From an uncultured Gammaproteobacteria bacterium (lineage in GTDB: Bacteria; Pseudomonadota; Gammaproteobacteria; QNFN01): a DNA stretch of 59,907 nucleotides. The translations under genes were made by a program, and so were the position numbers. Numbering within the stretch: position 1 is the first letter of the stretch; the number at the start of each line of letters is the position of its first letter. The notes beneath the pieces are model-generated. The model saw nothing but the letters and a program-made list of their open reading frames with translations, searched no databases and was not told the DNA's origin. The DNA is taken from positions 1 to 59,907 of the forward strand of contig CAXMPC010000068.1 in assembly GCA_964195335.1 (NCBI GenBank), written 5' to 3'. This document shows positions 9,988 through 21,866 of the stretch, in pieces.

Positions 9988-12200
9988 AACGCCTCGCCTC
10001 CGGGCCACTGCCGGCGGTCACGCTGGTGGGGCTGCTGTTGGTCTCGCTGTTCATGATGAGCGAGTCGACACAGAACTCGGCGCAGTTCGGGCGCCTGTAT
10101 GTCTGGCTGCTCGGCCTCAACATTGCCGGCCTGGTGGTTCTGGTCGGCCTGATCCTGGCCAACCTCTACCGCCTCTCCCGTCAGATACGGCAGCAGACCG
10201 CCGGGGCGCGCCTCACCCTGCGCCTGGTGGTGATATTCAGTGTGCTGGCGCTGGCCCCGGTCAGCCTGCTCTACTACTTTTCGCTCCAGTTCCTGCACCG
10301 CGGCATCGACAGCTGGTTCGATGTTCGCGTCGAGGAGGCACTGACCGACAGCCTCGAACTCGGCCGGTCGTCGCTGGACCTGAACATGCGCGTGGTACTG
10401 CGCTGGCAACAATCGCTGGCGGAACAGCTGGTCGACACCACCGAAGGCCAGTCGACCTTCATCCTCGACGAGCTGCTTTCCAGCAGCGCCGCCTCGGACC
10501 TGACCTTGCTTGGCGACAACGGCCGCATCATCGCCTCAAGCAGCACCGATCCGACGGCGCTGGTGCCGAGCCAGCCAGGAGAGGACATCCTGCTGCTGGT
10601 GCGCGAGCGCCAACCGTACGTCGGCCTCGACCAGATCCGTGATCTTGGATTGTCCGTCCGCGTGGTGGTGCCGATCGAGGTCGCCGGCAGCACCGAGCTG
10701 CGTATGTTGCAGGGCCTCTACCCGGTGCCCGAACGGATGAGCGAACTGGCCGATACGGTCGAGGAGGCGTTCACCAAGTACCGCGAACTGGCCTACCTGC
10801 GCACCCCGCTTAAGTACAGCTTCACCCTGACACTGTCACTGGTGCTGCTGTTCGCCCTGCTTGCTGCGGTCTGGCTGGCGTTCCTCTCCGCACGCCGCCT
10901 GACGGCTCCGATTCGTGACCTGGTTACCGGCACCCGTGCGGTGGCGGCCGGCGATTACAGCCAGCGGCTGCCTCAACCCGATAACGACGACCTCGGCATG
11001 CTGGTGCGCTCGTTCAACGAGATGACCCGGCGCATCGCTCAGTCACATGACGAAACCCAGCGCAGCCAGCGGCTGGTGGAGCAGCAGAAGGCCTACCTCG
11101 AAGTCGTCCTGGGTAATCTCTCCAGCGGCGTGCTCAGCATCGACCACGACCTGGCGCTGCGTACCGCCAACAGTGCCTCCGAGCAGATTCTCGACGTACC
11201 GCTGTGCGACTGCCTCGGGCAGACCCTCGAACAGATCGCTTCCGACTATGAGCACCTGCAACCGCTGTACAAGGCGTGGGACGAGCGTGCCCGGCTCGGT
11301 GTCGGCCTCGCCTGGCAGGAGGAGGTCACGCTGTTCGGCGCACGTGGTCGCCAGGTGCTGATCTGCCGCGGCACCACCCTCGCTGCCAGCGACCCCGAGC
11401 ATGCCGGCCAGGTGTTGGTCTTCGACGACATCACCACCCTGATCCAGGCCCAGCGCGACGCCGCCTGGGGCGAGGTGGCGCGTCGCCTGGCGCACGAAAT
11501 CAAGAACCCCCTGACGCCGATCCAGCTCTCGGCCGAACGCTTGCGGCACAAGTACTCGCCAACGATGGCGCCCGACGACCGCGAGGTGCTCGAGCGCCAC
11601 ACCGAGACCATCGTCCAGCAGGTCGAGCTGATGAAAGGGATGGTCAACGCGTTCAGTGAATACGCGCGTCCGCCACAACTGGCACGCAACCCCCTGTCAC
11701 TCAACCCGTTGGTCGAGGAACTGGTCGAACTCTACCGTGGCAGCGAGGCCGGGGTGACGCTCGACGCCGATCTCGATGCGTCGCTGCCCACTGTCATTGC
11801 CGATGCCGGACGCATGCGCCAACTGTTGCACAACCTGATCAAGAACGCCTTCGAGGCCCTGACTGACCAGGTGGGTGGCCGCGTCGCCATCCGCACCCGC
11901 ACGCGCCACACCAGCGGCGGTCAACTGGCGGAGTTGCGCATCAGCGACAACGGCCCCGGGATCCCGGACACGGTTCGCGAACGACTGTTCGAGCCCTACA
12001 TGACCACCAAGCTGCGCGGCACCGGCCTCGGCCTGGCGATCGTCAAGAAAATCGTCGAGGAGCACGGTGGTATGATCGACGTCAAAGAACCCCGCAGCGG
12101 CGGTGTGTCGATTTCGATACGACTGCCGGTCGCCATAGCCGAGGGGGCAGCACCCACGAACGGGGCGCCACCACATCCACCTGACGCGCGTCACGCCTGA
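9960..12200 (+). CDS. NtrY-like sensor histidine kinase (TM-HAMP-PAS-HisKA-HATPase)
   Basis: 746 aa with N-terminal TM helices, H-box HEIKNPLTPI, and N/G boxes (NLIKNAFEA, DNGPGI, GTGLGLAIV). Alternative start at ATG 9969. Confidence 0.8.
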   Translation: MARMATHPLKRLASGPLPAVTLVGLLLVSLFMMSESTQNSAQFGRLYVWLLGLNIAGLVVLVGLILANLYRLSRQIRQQTAGARLTLRLVVIFSVLALAPVSLLYYFSLQFLHRGIDSWFDVRVEEALTDSLELGRSSLDLNMRVVLRWQQSLAEQLVDTTEGQSTFILDELLSSSAASDLTLLGDNGRIIASSSTDPTALVPSQPGEDILLLVRERQPYVGLDQIRDLGLSVRVVVPIEVAGSTELRMLQGLYPVPERMSELADTVEEAFTKYRELAYLRTPLKYSFTLTLSLVLLFALLAAVWLAFLSARRLTAPIRDLVTGTRAVAAGDYSQRLPQPDNDDLGMLVRSFNEMTRRIAQSHDETQRSQRLVEQQKAYLEVVLGNLSSGVLSIDHDLALRTANSASEQILDVPLCDCLGQTLEQIASDYEHLQPLYKAWDERARLGVGLAWQEEVTLFGARGRQVLICRGTTLAASDPEHAGQVLVFDDITTLIQAQRDAAWGEVARRLAHEIKNPLTPIQLSAERLRHKYSPTMAPDDREVLERHTETIVQQVELMKGMVNAFSEYARPPQLARNPLSLNPLVEELVELYRGSEAGVTLDADLDASLPTVIADAGRMRQLLHNLIKNAFEALTDQVGGRVAIRTRTRHTSGGQLAELRISDNGPGIPDTVRERLFEPYMTTKLRGTGLGLAIVKKIVEEHGGMIDVKEPRSGGVSISIRLPVAIAEGAAPTNGAPPHPPDARHA

Positions 12201-12214
12201 GCCAGCATCCACCG

Positions 12215-13585
12215 ATGTCGAAGCCCTACATCCTGGTCGTTGACGACGAACCCGCCATCCGCGATCTGGTCAAGGAGATTCTCGACGACGAGGGCTACGA
12301 GGTGGCCATCGCCGAGGGTGGCCAGGAGGCCCGCCAGGCGATGCGCACCCGCCGCCCCGACCTGGTCCTGCTCGATATCTGGATGCCCGATCTCGACGGC
12401 ATCTCGCTGCTCAAGGAGTGGGCCAGCGAAGAGAGCCTGCCCTGCCCGGTGATCATGATTTCGGGCCACGGGTCGGTCGAAACCGCGGTCGAGGCGACCC
12501 GGCTCGGCGCCTACGATTTCATCGAAAAACCACTGTCGATGGCCAAGCTGCTGGTCACCGTCGAGCGTGCCCTCGAGGCCGACAAGCTGCAGCGCGAAAA
12601 CCTCGACCTGCGCCAGCACGAGCCGGCGCTGGTGGAACCGGTCGGCCGCAGCCCGACCGTGCAGCGGCTGCGCGAACAGGTCAGGCGCATCGCCGAGCAT
12701 GACAGCTGGGTTCTCATCACTGGCGAGTCGGGCAGCGGCAAGGAGACCTTCGCCCGCTATCTGCACGCCTGCAGCGGCCGTCGCAGCGGGTCGTTCGTCG
12801 ACGTCGGCGTTGGCGCCATCGCCGGCGAAAATGCTGCGGTCGAGCTGTTTGGCAACGAGAATCCCGACGGCACGGTCCGTTACGGGCGCCTGGAGCAGGC
12901 CAACGGCGGCACACTGTTCCTCGACGAGGTCGCCGACATGGCCGGCGAGACCCAGACCCGCCTGCTCAGCGCCTTCGAGACCCGTGCCGTAATCCGTGTC
13001 GGTGGCAGCGAAGCGGTGCCGATCGACGTGCGCATTGTCGCCGCCAGCCATGCCAACCTGGAGCAACTGGTCAAGGAGGGACGTTTCCGCGAGGACCTCT
13101 TCTACCATCTCAACGTGGTGCCGGTGTACATCCCACCGCTGCGCGAGCACCGTGAGGACGTGCCGGAGTTGCTCTCCTTCTACGTCGACCGCTTCGTCGA
13201 GCGCGAGGGCCTGGCCTACCGTCACTTCAGCGTCGCCGCACAGAACCGGCTGCGCCACTACGACTGGCCAGGCAACGTCCGCGAACTCAAGAACATGGTG
13301 CAGCGGCTGCTGATCCTCGGCCACGGCGACGAGATCGGCGCCGACGAGATCGAGGCGACACTGACCGCGGTGCCAACACCGGCGGCTCCGAGCGACATTG
13401 GCCTGCCGCTCGACCTGCCGCTGCGCGAGGCCCGAGAGCAGTTCGAGCGGGTCTACCTGCAGCACCAGTTGCGCGAGTGCGAAAACAACGTCAGCCGCCT
13501 CGCCGAACGCGTTGGCATGGAACGCACCCACCTCTACCGCAAGCTGCGCGCGCTCGGGATCGAGACCCGCCGCTCTGGCAAGTAG
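12215..13585 (+). CDS. NtrX-like response regulator (REC, AAA+ and Fis-type HTH domains)
   Basis: 456 aa with a REC domain (VVDDE...LLDIWMPDLDG), Walker A GESGSGKE and a C-terminal HTH. The GAFTGA loop is replaced by NPDGTVRY. Confidence 0.85.
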   Translation: MSKPYILVVDDEPAIRDLVKEILDDEGYEVAIAEGGQEARQAMRTRRPDLVLLDIWMPDLDGISLLKEWASEESLPCPVIMISGHGSVETAVEATRLGAYDFIEKPLSMAKLLVTVERALEADKLQRENLDLRQHEPALVEPVGRSPTVQRLREQVRRIAEHDSWVLITGESGSGKETFARYLHACSGRRSGSFVDVGVGAIAGENAAVELFGNENPDGTVRYGRLEQANGGTLFLDEVADMAGETQTRLLSAFETRAVIRVGGSEAVPIDVRIVAASHANLEQLVKEGRFREDLFYHLNVVPVYIPPLREHREDVPELLSFYVDRFVEREGLAYRHFSVAAQNRLRHYDWPGNVRELKNMVQRLLILGHGDEIGADEIEATLTAVPTPAAPSDIGLPLDLPLREAREQFERVYLQHQLRECENNVSRLAERVGMERTHLYRKLRALGIETRRSGK

Positions 13586-13637
13586 CCCCGGTGCAAACTA
13601 GAATGTTGCATTGCAACATAGCGGAAAGGCCGATGGC

Positions 13638-15011
13638 ATGAAGATCATCATCCTCGGCGCGGGACAGGTCGGGACGTCGGTGGCCGAGATCCTCGCCTCC
13701 GAAGCCAACGACATCACCGTGGTCGACAAGAACACGGCCCTGCTGCACGACCTGCAGGACCGCTTCGACCTGCGCACCGTGTACGGACATGCTGCGCACC
13801 CGCGCACACTGGCGCGCGCCGGTGCCGAGGACGCCGACATGGTGCTGGCGTTCACCAACAGCGACGAAACCAACATGGTCGCGTGCCAGATCGCCTACAC
13901 GCTGTTCCGCACACCGACCAAGATCGCCCGCATTCGCTCGCAGGAGTACTCGTCGCGACCCGAGATCTTTGCCCAGGACGCGCTGCCGGTCGACGTCCTG
14001 ATCAGCCCGGAACAGCTGGTCACCGAATACATCGAGCGGCTGATCGAACACCCCGGGGCGCTGCAGGTGCTCGATTTCGCCAACGGCTTGGTGTCACTGG
14101 TCGGAGTCAAGGCCTACTACGGTGGTCAGCTGGTCGGTCACGAATTATCGACGCTGCGCCAGCACATGCCCGGCGTCGAGACCCGGGTCGCGGCTATCTA
14201 TCGCAAGAGCGGTGCCATCCTGCCCAAAGGCGACACGGTGATCGAGGCCGACGACGAGGTCTTCTTCATCGCCGCCAAGCAGCATATCCGCACCGTCATG
14301 GGCGAGTTGCGCAAGCTCGACCGACCGATCAAGAGCATCATCCTGGCTGGCGGTGGCAACATCGGCAAGCGCCTCGCGCAGAGCCTTGAGCGCCACTACC
14401 AGGTCAAGATCATCGAGCGCGACGAGGAGCGGGCACGCCAGATCTCCGAGGATCTCGAGCGCACCATCGTCCTGCGTGGCGATGCCGCCGACGAGGAACT
14501 GCTGCTCGACGAAAACATCGAAAATACCGACGTCTTCTGCGCCATGACCAACGAGGACGAGGCCAACATACTGTCGGCGATGCTGGCCAAGCGCCTTGGC
14601 GCTCGCCAGGTGATGGCGCTGATCAACCGCCTCTCCTACGTCGACCTGGTCGAGAGCGGTTCGATAGACATCGCCATTTCGCCGCAGCAGGCGACCATCA
14701 GCGGACTGCTGACCCACGTCCGCCGTGGTGACGTGGTCGTCGCCCACTCGCTGCGCCGAGGTGCCGCCGAGGCGATCGAGGCGGTGGCTCACGGCGACAC
14801 CCGCAACTCGAAAGTGGTCGGCCGGCGGGTCGAGGAGATCAAGCTACCGGCGGGCGCCACCATCGGCGCCATCGTGCGCGGTGACCAGGTGATGATGGCC
14901 CACCACGACACGGTCATCGAGGCCGAGGACCACGTGATCATGTTCCTGGTCGACAAGAACAAGGTGCCCGATGTCGAGCGGCTGTTCCAGGTCGGCGTCA
15001 CCTTCCTCTGA
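13638..15011 (+). CDS. trkA: Trk potassium uptake protein TrkA
   Basis: Start at ATG 13638 ([12 protein letters not shown]). Two tandem RCK/NAD-binding repeats. Confidence 0.95.
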   Translation: MKIIILGAGQVGTSVAEILASEANDITVVDKNTALLHDLQDRFDLRTVYGHAAHPRTLARAGAEDADMVLAFTNSDETNMVACQIAYTLFRTPTKIARIRSQEYSSRPEIFAQDALPVDVLISPEQLVTEYIERLIEHPGALQVLDFANGLVSLVGVKAYYGGQLVGHELSTLRQHMPGVETRVAAIYRKSGAILPKGDTVIEADDEVFFIAAKQHIRTVMGELRKLDRPIKSIILAGGGNIGKRLAQSLERHYQVKIIERDEERARQISEDLERTIVLRGDAADEELLLDENIENTDVFCAMTNEDEANILSAMLAKRLGARQVMALINRLSYVDLVESGSIDIAISPQQATISGLLTHVRRGDVVVAHSLRRGAAEAIEAVAHGDTRNSKVVGRRVEEIKLPAGATIGAIVRGDQVMMAHHDTVIEAEDHVIMFLVDKNKVPDVERLFQVGVTFL

Positions 15012-15047
15012 CGGCCACGGGCCCACGCTTCCGAGGACCGACCCGCC

Positions 15048-16499
15048 ATGCACCCCAACGCGATCCAGCGCATCCTCGGCCTGCTGCTGGCGACCTTCAG
15101 CACCACCATGCTGCCGCCCCTGGCGGTCTCGCTCATGGTGGGCGACGAGGCCCACCTCGCCTTTGCCTACGCCTTCGCCCTGATCCTGGTAGTCGGCCTG
15201 GTCTGCTGGTTCCCGGTGCGCCACAAGCGCAGTGAGCTGCGCCTGCGCGACGGCTTCGTCATTGTCGCGCTGTTCTGGGCGGTGCTCGGTTCCTCCGGCG
15301 CGGTGCCGCTGGTCATCGCACACAATCCTCATCTGTCACTGACCGATGCGCTGTTCGAGTCGATCTCGGGCCTGACCACGACCGGGGCGACGGTACTGGT
15401 CGGCATCGACGACCTGCCGGTGTCGATCCTCTGGTATCGCCAGCAGCTGCAGTGGCTGGGAGGGATGGGCATCATCGTCCTCGCCGTCGCCATCCTGCCG
15501 ATGCTCGGCATCGGCGGCATGCAGCTCTACCGGGCCGAGACGCCGGGGCCGATGAAAGACAACAAGATGACCCCGCGCATTACCGAGACGGCCAAGGCGC
15601 TGTGGTACATCTACCTCGGCCTGACCATCGCCTGCGCCGTGGGCTACTGGCTCGCCGGCATGAGCGGCTTCGATGCCATCGCCCACAGCTTCTCGACCGT
15701 GGCCATCGGCGGCTTCTCCACCCATGACGCCAGCATGGGCTACTTCGACAGCGCGCTGATCGAGACCGTGGCGGTGGTCTTCATGTTCATGTCGGGGGTC
15801 AACTTCGCGCTCCACTTCATCTCCTGGCGGCGCATGTCGACCAATCCGTACCTCAACGACCCAGAGTTCCGCGCCTATTTCACCGGCCTGGCAATCGTCG
15901 CCGTGCTGACCACCGCGTCACTGTTCCTGACCGGGACCTTTGGCAACTTCGGTAGCGCCCTGCACCACGGCATCTTCCAGGCGGTGTCGATCGGCACCAC
16001 GACCGGTTTCACCACCACGGAATACTTCGCCTGGCCGATCTTCCTGCCGGTGCTGCTGCTGTTTTCGAGCTTCATCGGCGGTTGCGCGGGCTCGACCGGC
16101 GGCGGGCTGAAGGTGATCCGCTTCCTGCTGCTGATCAAGCAGGGGATACGCGAGATCCAGCGCCTGATCCATCCGAACGCGCAGATCCCGGTCAAGATCG
16201 GCAACAAGGTCCTGCCGGAAAGGGTCATCCAGGCGGTGTGGGGTTTCTTCGCTGTCTATGTCGCCAGTTTCAGCGTCATGCTGCTGGTACTGATGGCGAC
16301 TGGGCTCGACCAGATCACCGCCTTCTCCGCCGTCGCCGCCTGCCTTAACAACCTCGGTCCAGGCCTGGGAGATGTCGGGCTCAACTACGCCGGCATCAAC
16401 GACCTCGCCAAGTGGGTGCTGTCGCTGGCGATGCTGCTCGGGCGCCTCGAGATCTTCACCCTGCTGGTGCTGCTGACGCCCACCTTCTGGCGGCCCTGA
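15048..16499 (+). CDS. trkH: Trk potassium uptake protein TrkH
   Basis: 483-aa polytopic membrane protein with TrkH motifs (SGLTTTGATV, GTTTGFTT, CLNNLGPGLG). Confidence 0.9.
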   Translation: MHPNAIQRILGLLLATFSTTMLPPLAVSLMVGDEAHLAFAYAFALILVVGLVCWFPVRHKRSELRLRDGFVIVALFWAVLGSSGAVPLVIAHNPHLSLTDALFESISGLTTTGATVLVGIDDLPVSILWYRQQLQWLGGMGIIVLAVAILPMLGIGGMQLYRAETPGPMKDNKMTPRITETAKALWYIYLGLTIACAVGYWLAGMSGFDAIAHSFSTVAIGGFSTHDASMGYFDSALIETVAVVFMFMSGVNFALHFISWRRMSTNPYLNDPEFRAYFTGLAIVAVLTTASLFLTGTFGNFGSALHHGIFQAVSIGTTTGFTTTEYFAWPIFLPVLLLFSSFIGGCAGSTGGGLKVIRFLLLIKQGIREIQRLIHPNAQIPVKIGNKVLPERVIQAVWGFFAVYVASFSVMLLVLMATGLDQITAFSAVAACLNNLGPGLGDVGLNYAGINDLAKWVLSLAMLLGRLEIFTLLVLLTPTFWRP

Positions 16500-16580
16500 G
16501 GCCACCAACTGAAGTGTCATCGCACTGGTTGGTGTTATTCTCGCCATAGCAATGCCGGCCACTGCACGGAGCCTGGCTGA

Positions 16581-17612
<1,032 letters not shown>

Positions 17613-17673
17613 CGGGGATCACCTGCAGGATGCGGGTGACCACAGGAAACATACCGGCAGGGGACGCCAGGTC

Positions 17674-19752
17674 ATGAAAGATATCGATCTCTCCAATCCG
17701 GAGCTTTTCGTCAATCGGGAGCTGAGCCTGCTCGAGTTCAACCGGCGCGTGCTCGACCAGGCCAAGGACGGGTCGACCCCGCTGCTCGAGCGATTGCGCT
17801 TCCTCTGCATCTCCAGCCGCAACCTCGACGAGTTCTGCGAAGTGCGCGCCGCCGGCGTCAAGCAGCAGATCGACCTCGGTGTGCTGACCAGCGGCCCCGA
17901 CGGTCTGACCCCACACGAGCAGCTCGAGAAGATCAGCACCATCGGCCACGAGCTGGTTGCGGAACAGTACCGGGTACTCAACGACGTGCTGCTGCCGCTG
18001 ATGGAACAGCAGGGTATTCATGTCCTCAAGCGTTCGCAGTGGGACGCCAGGCTGACCGGCTGGGTCAAACGCCACTTCGATAACGAGGTGCTGCCGGTGC
18101 TGACCCCGATCGGGCTCGACCTGGCCCACCCGTTCCCACGGGTGCTCAACAAGTCGCTGAACTTCATCATCGCGCTCGAGGGCAAGGACGTCTTCGGTCG
18201 CGACAGCGGTCTGGCCGTGCTCCAGGCGCCGCGCTCGCTGCCGCGCGTGATCCAGGTGCCGAAGAGTTACTCCTCGAGCGACAATGGCCTGGTCTTCCTG
18301 TCGTCGATCATCCATGCACATATCGAGGAACTGTTCCCGGGCATGACCGTGACCGGCTGCCACCAGTTCCGCGTCACCCGCAACAGCGACCTCTTCGTCG
18401 ACGAAGAGGAGGTCGACGACCTGCTGCGTGCGCTGCAGGGCGAACTGCCCGGCCGTCGTTACGGCGACGCGGTCCGGCTCGAGGTCGCCGACGACTGTCC
18501 GCGTCACCTCGCCCGCTTCCTGCTGGAGAAGTTCGAGCTCTCGGAAGACGACCTCTACCTGGTCAACGGCCCGGTCAACCTGAACCGGCTCATGACCATC
18601 CCCGACATGGTCGACCGCCCCGACCTGAAGTATCAGCCATTCACGCCGAGCCGGCCGGCACGGCTGACGCACAAGCAGAACATGTTCGAGGCGATTGCCG
18701 AGGGCGACATGTTGCTGCACCACCCCTACGAAGCGTTTTCGCCGGTGCAGGACCTGGTGCGCCAGGCTGCGGTCGACCCCGCGGTGCTGGCGATCAAGCA
18801 GACCATCTACCGCACCGACACCGACTCGACACTGGTCCAGGCCCTGGTCGACGCCGCCCGTGCCGGCAAGGAAGTGACCGCGGTGGTCGAACTGCGCGCC
18901 CGCTTCGACGAGGAGGCCAACATCGGCCTCGCCACGCGGCTGCAGGAGGCCGGCGCCCATGTCGTCTATGGCGTGGTCGGCTACAAGACCCACGCCAAAC
19001 TGCTGATGATCGTCCGCCGCGAGGGACGCAAGCTGCGCCGCTACGTCCACCTCGGCACCGGCAACTACCACGCCAGCACCGCGCGCCTCTATACCGACTA
19101 CGGCCTGCTGACCTGTGACAAGGAGATCGGCGAGGATGTGCACAAGCTGTTCCAGCAGCTCACCGGGCTCGGCCGGATCACGCGCCTGAAAAAACTGCTG
19201 CAGTCACCCTTCACGCTGCACAAGCGCATGATCGAACTGATCGAGCACGAAACCGAGGCAGCTCGCGCCGGCAAGCCGGCACGGGTGTTCGCACGGATGA
19301 ACTCGCTGGTGGAGCCGAAAATCATCCAGGCGATGTACCGCGCTTCCCAGGCCGGGGTGAAGATCGACCTGGTGGTGCGTGGCATCTGCTGCCTGCGCTC
19401 CGGCATTCCCGGGGTGTCGGAGAACATCCGCGTACGCTCGGTGGTCGGCCGCTTCCTCGAGCACTCGCGGATCTTCTGTTTCCACAACGACGGCGACCCG
19501 CTGGTCTACGGCTCCAGTGCCGACTGGATGGACCGCAATTTCTTCCGCCGCGTGGAGAGCTGCTTCCCGGTCGAGGATCCCAAGCTGCGCAAGCGCATCA
19601 TCAACGAGTCGCTCGAACTCTACCTCACCGACAACGTCCTGGCCTGGGATCAACAGCCCGACGGCAGCTACCTGCACTGCGAGACGGGCCGGCGCAAGCC
19701 GGTCAACGCCCAATCCTCCCTGCTCGGGCAACTCGCTGAGCGGGTCCGCTGA
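17674..19752 (+). CDS. ppk: Polyphosphate kinase 1
   Basis: Start at ATG 17674 (MKDIDLSNPELFVNRELSLLEFNRRVL). 692 aa; the PPK1 family call rests on this conserved N-terminus, which I recognise from PPK1 proteins, and the typical length. Confidence 0.95.
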   Translation: MKDIDLSNPELFVNRELSLLEFNRRVLDQAKDGSTPLLERLRFLCISSRNLDEFCEVRAAGVKQQIDLGVLTSGPDGLTPHEQLEKISTIGHELVAEQYRVLNDVLLPLMEQQGIHVLKRSQWDARLTGWVKRHFDNEVLPVLTPIGLDLAHPFPRVLNKSLNFIIALEGKDVFGRDSGLAVLQAPRSLPRVIQVPKSYSSSDNGLVFLSSIIHAHIEELFPGMTVTGCHQFRVTRNSDLFVDEEEVDDLLRALQGELPGRRYGDAVRLEVADDCPRHLARFLLEKFELSEDDLYLVNGPVNLNRLMTIPDMVDRPDLKYQPFTPSRPARLTHKQNMFEAIAEGDMLLHHPYEAFSPVQDLVRQAAVDPAVLAIKQTIYRTDTDSTLVQALVDAARAGKEVTAVVELRARFDEEANIGLATRLQEAGAHVVYGVVGYKTHAKLLMIVRREGRKLRRYVHLGTGNYHASTARLYTDYGLLTCDKEIGEDVHKLFQQLTGLGRITRLKKLLQSPFTLHKRMIELIEHETEAARAGKPARVFARMNSLVEPKIIQAMYRASQAGVKIDLVVRGICCLRSGIPGVSENIRVRSVVGRFLEHSRIFCFHNDGDPLVYGSSADWMDRNFFRRVESCFPVEDPKLRKRIINESLELYLTDNVLAWDQQPDGSYLHCETGRRKPVNAQSSLLGQLAERVR

Positions 19753-19777
19753 AGCGGACGGAAGCACCGCGGCGCGT

Positions 19778-21865
19778 GTGAACGACGAGACCGCGTCACC
19801 CGCCGAACGCCTGCCGCTGACCACGCTCGATCGGGTCGGGCCGCGCGTCGCCGAACGCCTCGCGCGTCTCGACCTGCATAGCGTCCAGGACCTGCTGTTC
19901 CATCTCCCGCTGCGCTACGAAGACCGAACCACCCTGGTGTCACTGGGCGTGCTGCGACCCGGACAGGCGGCACGGGTCCGTGGTGAGGTCGAGCTGGCAC
20001 AGGTCCAGTTCGGCCGGCGCCGGGCGCTGCTGGTCCGCATCGCAGACGGCACCGGTGCGCTGACGCTGCGCTTTTTCCATTTCAGCCGCCAGCAACAGCA
20101 GGGCTTCCAGCGCGGGGCACCTATCGAGTGCTTCGGCGAGGCGCGCCCCGGCCCGGCCGGTCTGGAGATGGTCCACCCAGAGTACCGCCTCGGCACCCAG
20201 GCCGAGCAGCCGGCCGCGACCACGCTGACCCCGGTCTACCCGGTCACCGAGGGGGTGCGACAGCCGACTTTACGCAACCTGGTCGGCCAGGCGCTCGCCC
20301 TGGTCACCTCCGGCCGCGCCGTCATCCACGAATGGCTGCCACCGGGACTGCGGCAGCGTTACGCCCTGCAACCACTGACCGACGCGGTGCAGCGCATCCA
20401 CGCGCCGCCACTGGGTGAGGCCTCGTCCACCACGGCCGAGCCGCTGCGCCACCGTCTCGCTTTCGAAGAACTGCTCGCCCACCAGCTCAGCCTGCGTCAA
20501 CTGCGCAATCGGCTGCAGGAGTACGCCGCGCCACCTCTGGCGCCACCTGGAAAGCTGTTCAACGCCCTGCGTACCAGCCTGCCGTTCACGCTGACCGGCG
20601 CCCAACGGCACGTGATCACCGAGATCCAGGCCGACCTCGCCCGCGGTTGCCCGATGCTGCGCCTGTTGCAGGGGGATGTCGGTTCGGGCAAGACCGTGGT
20701 CGCCGCCGCCGCCGTGCTGCAGGCGGTCGAGGCCGGGTGGCAGGCCGCCATCATCGCTCCGACGGAGCTTCTCGCCGAGCAGCACGCCGGCAACTTCCGC
20801 CACTGGCTCGAGCCGCTGGGCGTCACTACCGCGTGGCTCGGCGGACGCATCTCCAAGGGCGAGCGCCGCGCCACGCTGGCCGCGTTGGCCGACGGCAGTG
20901 CCCAGGTGGCGATCGGCACCCACGCGCTGTTCCAGGCTGAGCCGGCATTCGCACGCCTCGGGCTGGTAGTGGTCGACGAGCAGCACCGTTTCGGCGTCCA
21001 CCAGCGGCTGGCGATGCGCGACAAGGGGGTCGACGGTGACCGTCGTCCGCACCAGCTGATCATGACCGCGACGCCGATTCCGCGCACCCTGGCGATGGCC
21101 GCTTACGCCGATCTCGACCTGTCGGTGATCGATGAGCTGCCGCCCGGGCGCAAGCCGGTCACCACCGTCGCCCTGCCGTCACGGCGGCGCGACGAAGTGG
21201 TGACCCGGGTACGCGACGCCTGTGCCGAGGGGCACCAGGCCTACTGGGTCTGCACCCTGATCGAAGAGTCCGAGGCGCTCGAGGCCGAAGCCGCGGAAGT
21301 GACCGCGGCCGGCCTCGCCGAGGCGCTGCCGGAGTTGCGCGTCGCCCTGGTGCACGGACGGCTGAAGAGCGAGGACAAGCAGGCCGTGATGAGCGCCTTC
21401 AAGGCCGGGGCGATCGACCTGCTGATCGCAACCACAGTGATCGAGGTCGGCGTCGACGTGCCCAACGCTACCCTGATGATCATTGACAACGCCGAGCGGC
21501 TCGGCCTGGCCCAGCTGCACCAATTGCGCGGCCGTGTCGGTCGCGGCGGTGAACAGAGTTTCTGTGTTCTGCTCTACCGCGAGGGACTGAGCCAGAACGC
21601 GCGCCGCCGCCTGGAGGTGCTGCGCGAGAGCCAGGACGGCTTCGCCATTGCCCGCCGTGACCTGGAGATCCGCGGCCCGGGCGAAGTGCTCGGCACGCGC
21701 CAGACCGGTGAACTGCAACTGCGTGTCGCCGACCTGCTGCGTGACCAGGCCCTGCTTGCCAATGTCCAGCAGTGCGCCGAGACCCTGCTTGCCGACCACC
21801 CCGAGTCGGTCGAACCACTGATCACGCGCTGGCTTGGCGCCCGCACCCGCTATGGTGATGTCTAG
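19778..21865 (+). CDS. recG: ATP-dependent DNA helicase RecG
   Basis: Probable GTG start at 19778, 26 nt after the ppk stop. Wedge domain plus SF2 helicase motifs (GDVGSGKT, DEQHRFG, MTATPIPRT, HQLRGRVGRG). Confidence 0.9.
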   Translation: MNDETASPAERLPLTTLDRVGPRVAERLARLDLHSVQDLLFHLPLRYEDRTTLVSLGVLRPGQAARVRGEVELAQVQFGRRRALLVRIADGTGALTLRFFHFSRQQQQGFQRGAPIECFGEARPGPAGLEMVHPEYRLGTQAEQPAATTLTPVYPVTEGVRQPTLRNLVGQALALVTSGRAVIHEWLPPGLRQRYALQPLTDAVQRIHAPPLGEASSTTAEPLRHRLAFEELLAHQLSLRQLRNRLQEYAAPPLAPPGKLFNALRTSLPFTLTGAQRHVITEIQADLARGCPMLRLLQGDVGSGKTVVAAAAVLQAVEAGWQAAIIAPTELLAEQHAGNFRHWLEPLGVTTAWLGGRISKGERRATLAALADGSAQVAIGTHALFQAEPAFARLGLVVVDEQHRFGVHQRLAMRDKGVDGDRRPHQLIMTATPIPRTLAMAAYADLDLSVIDELPPGRKPVTTVALPSRRRDEVVTRVRDACAEGHQAYWVCTLIEESEALEAEAAEVTAAGLAEALPELRVALVHGRLKSEDKQAVMSAFKAGAIDLLIATTVIEVGVDVPNATLMIIDNAERLGLAQLHQLRGRVGRGGEQSFCVLLYREGLSQNARRRLEVLRESQDGFAIARRDLEIRGPGEVLGTRQTGELQLRVADLLRDQALLANVQQCAETLLADHPESVEPLITRWLGARTRYGDV

Positions 21866-21866
21866 A

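Noticed and set aside
12191-13531. 446-aa minus-strand ORF
   Set aside because: It is antisense to the NtrX-like regulator, has no recognisable motifs, and is a stop-poor frame produced by high G+C.
13575-13615. Sigma54 promoter (TGGCA ... TTGCA) ahead of trkA
   Set aside because: The GG and GC elements are about 17 nt apart rather than the required spacing of about 12 nt. No alternative register works.
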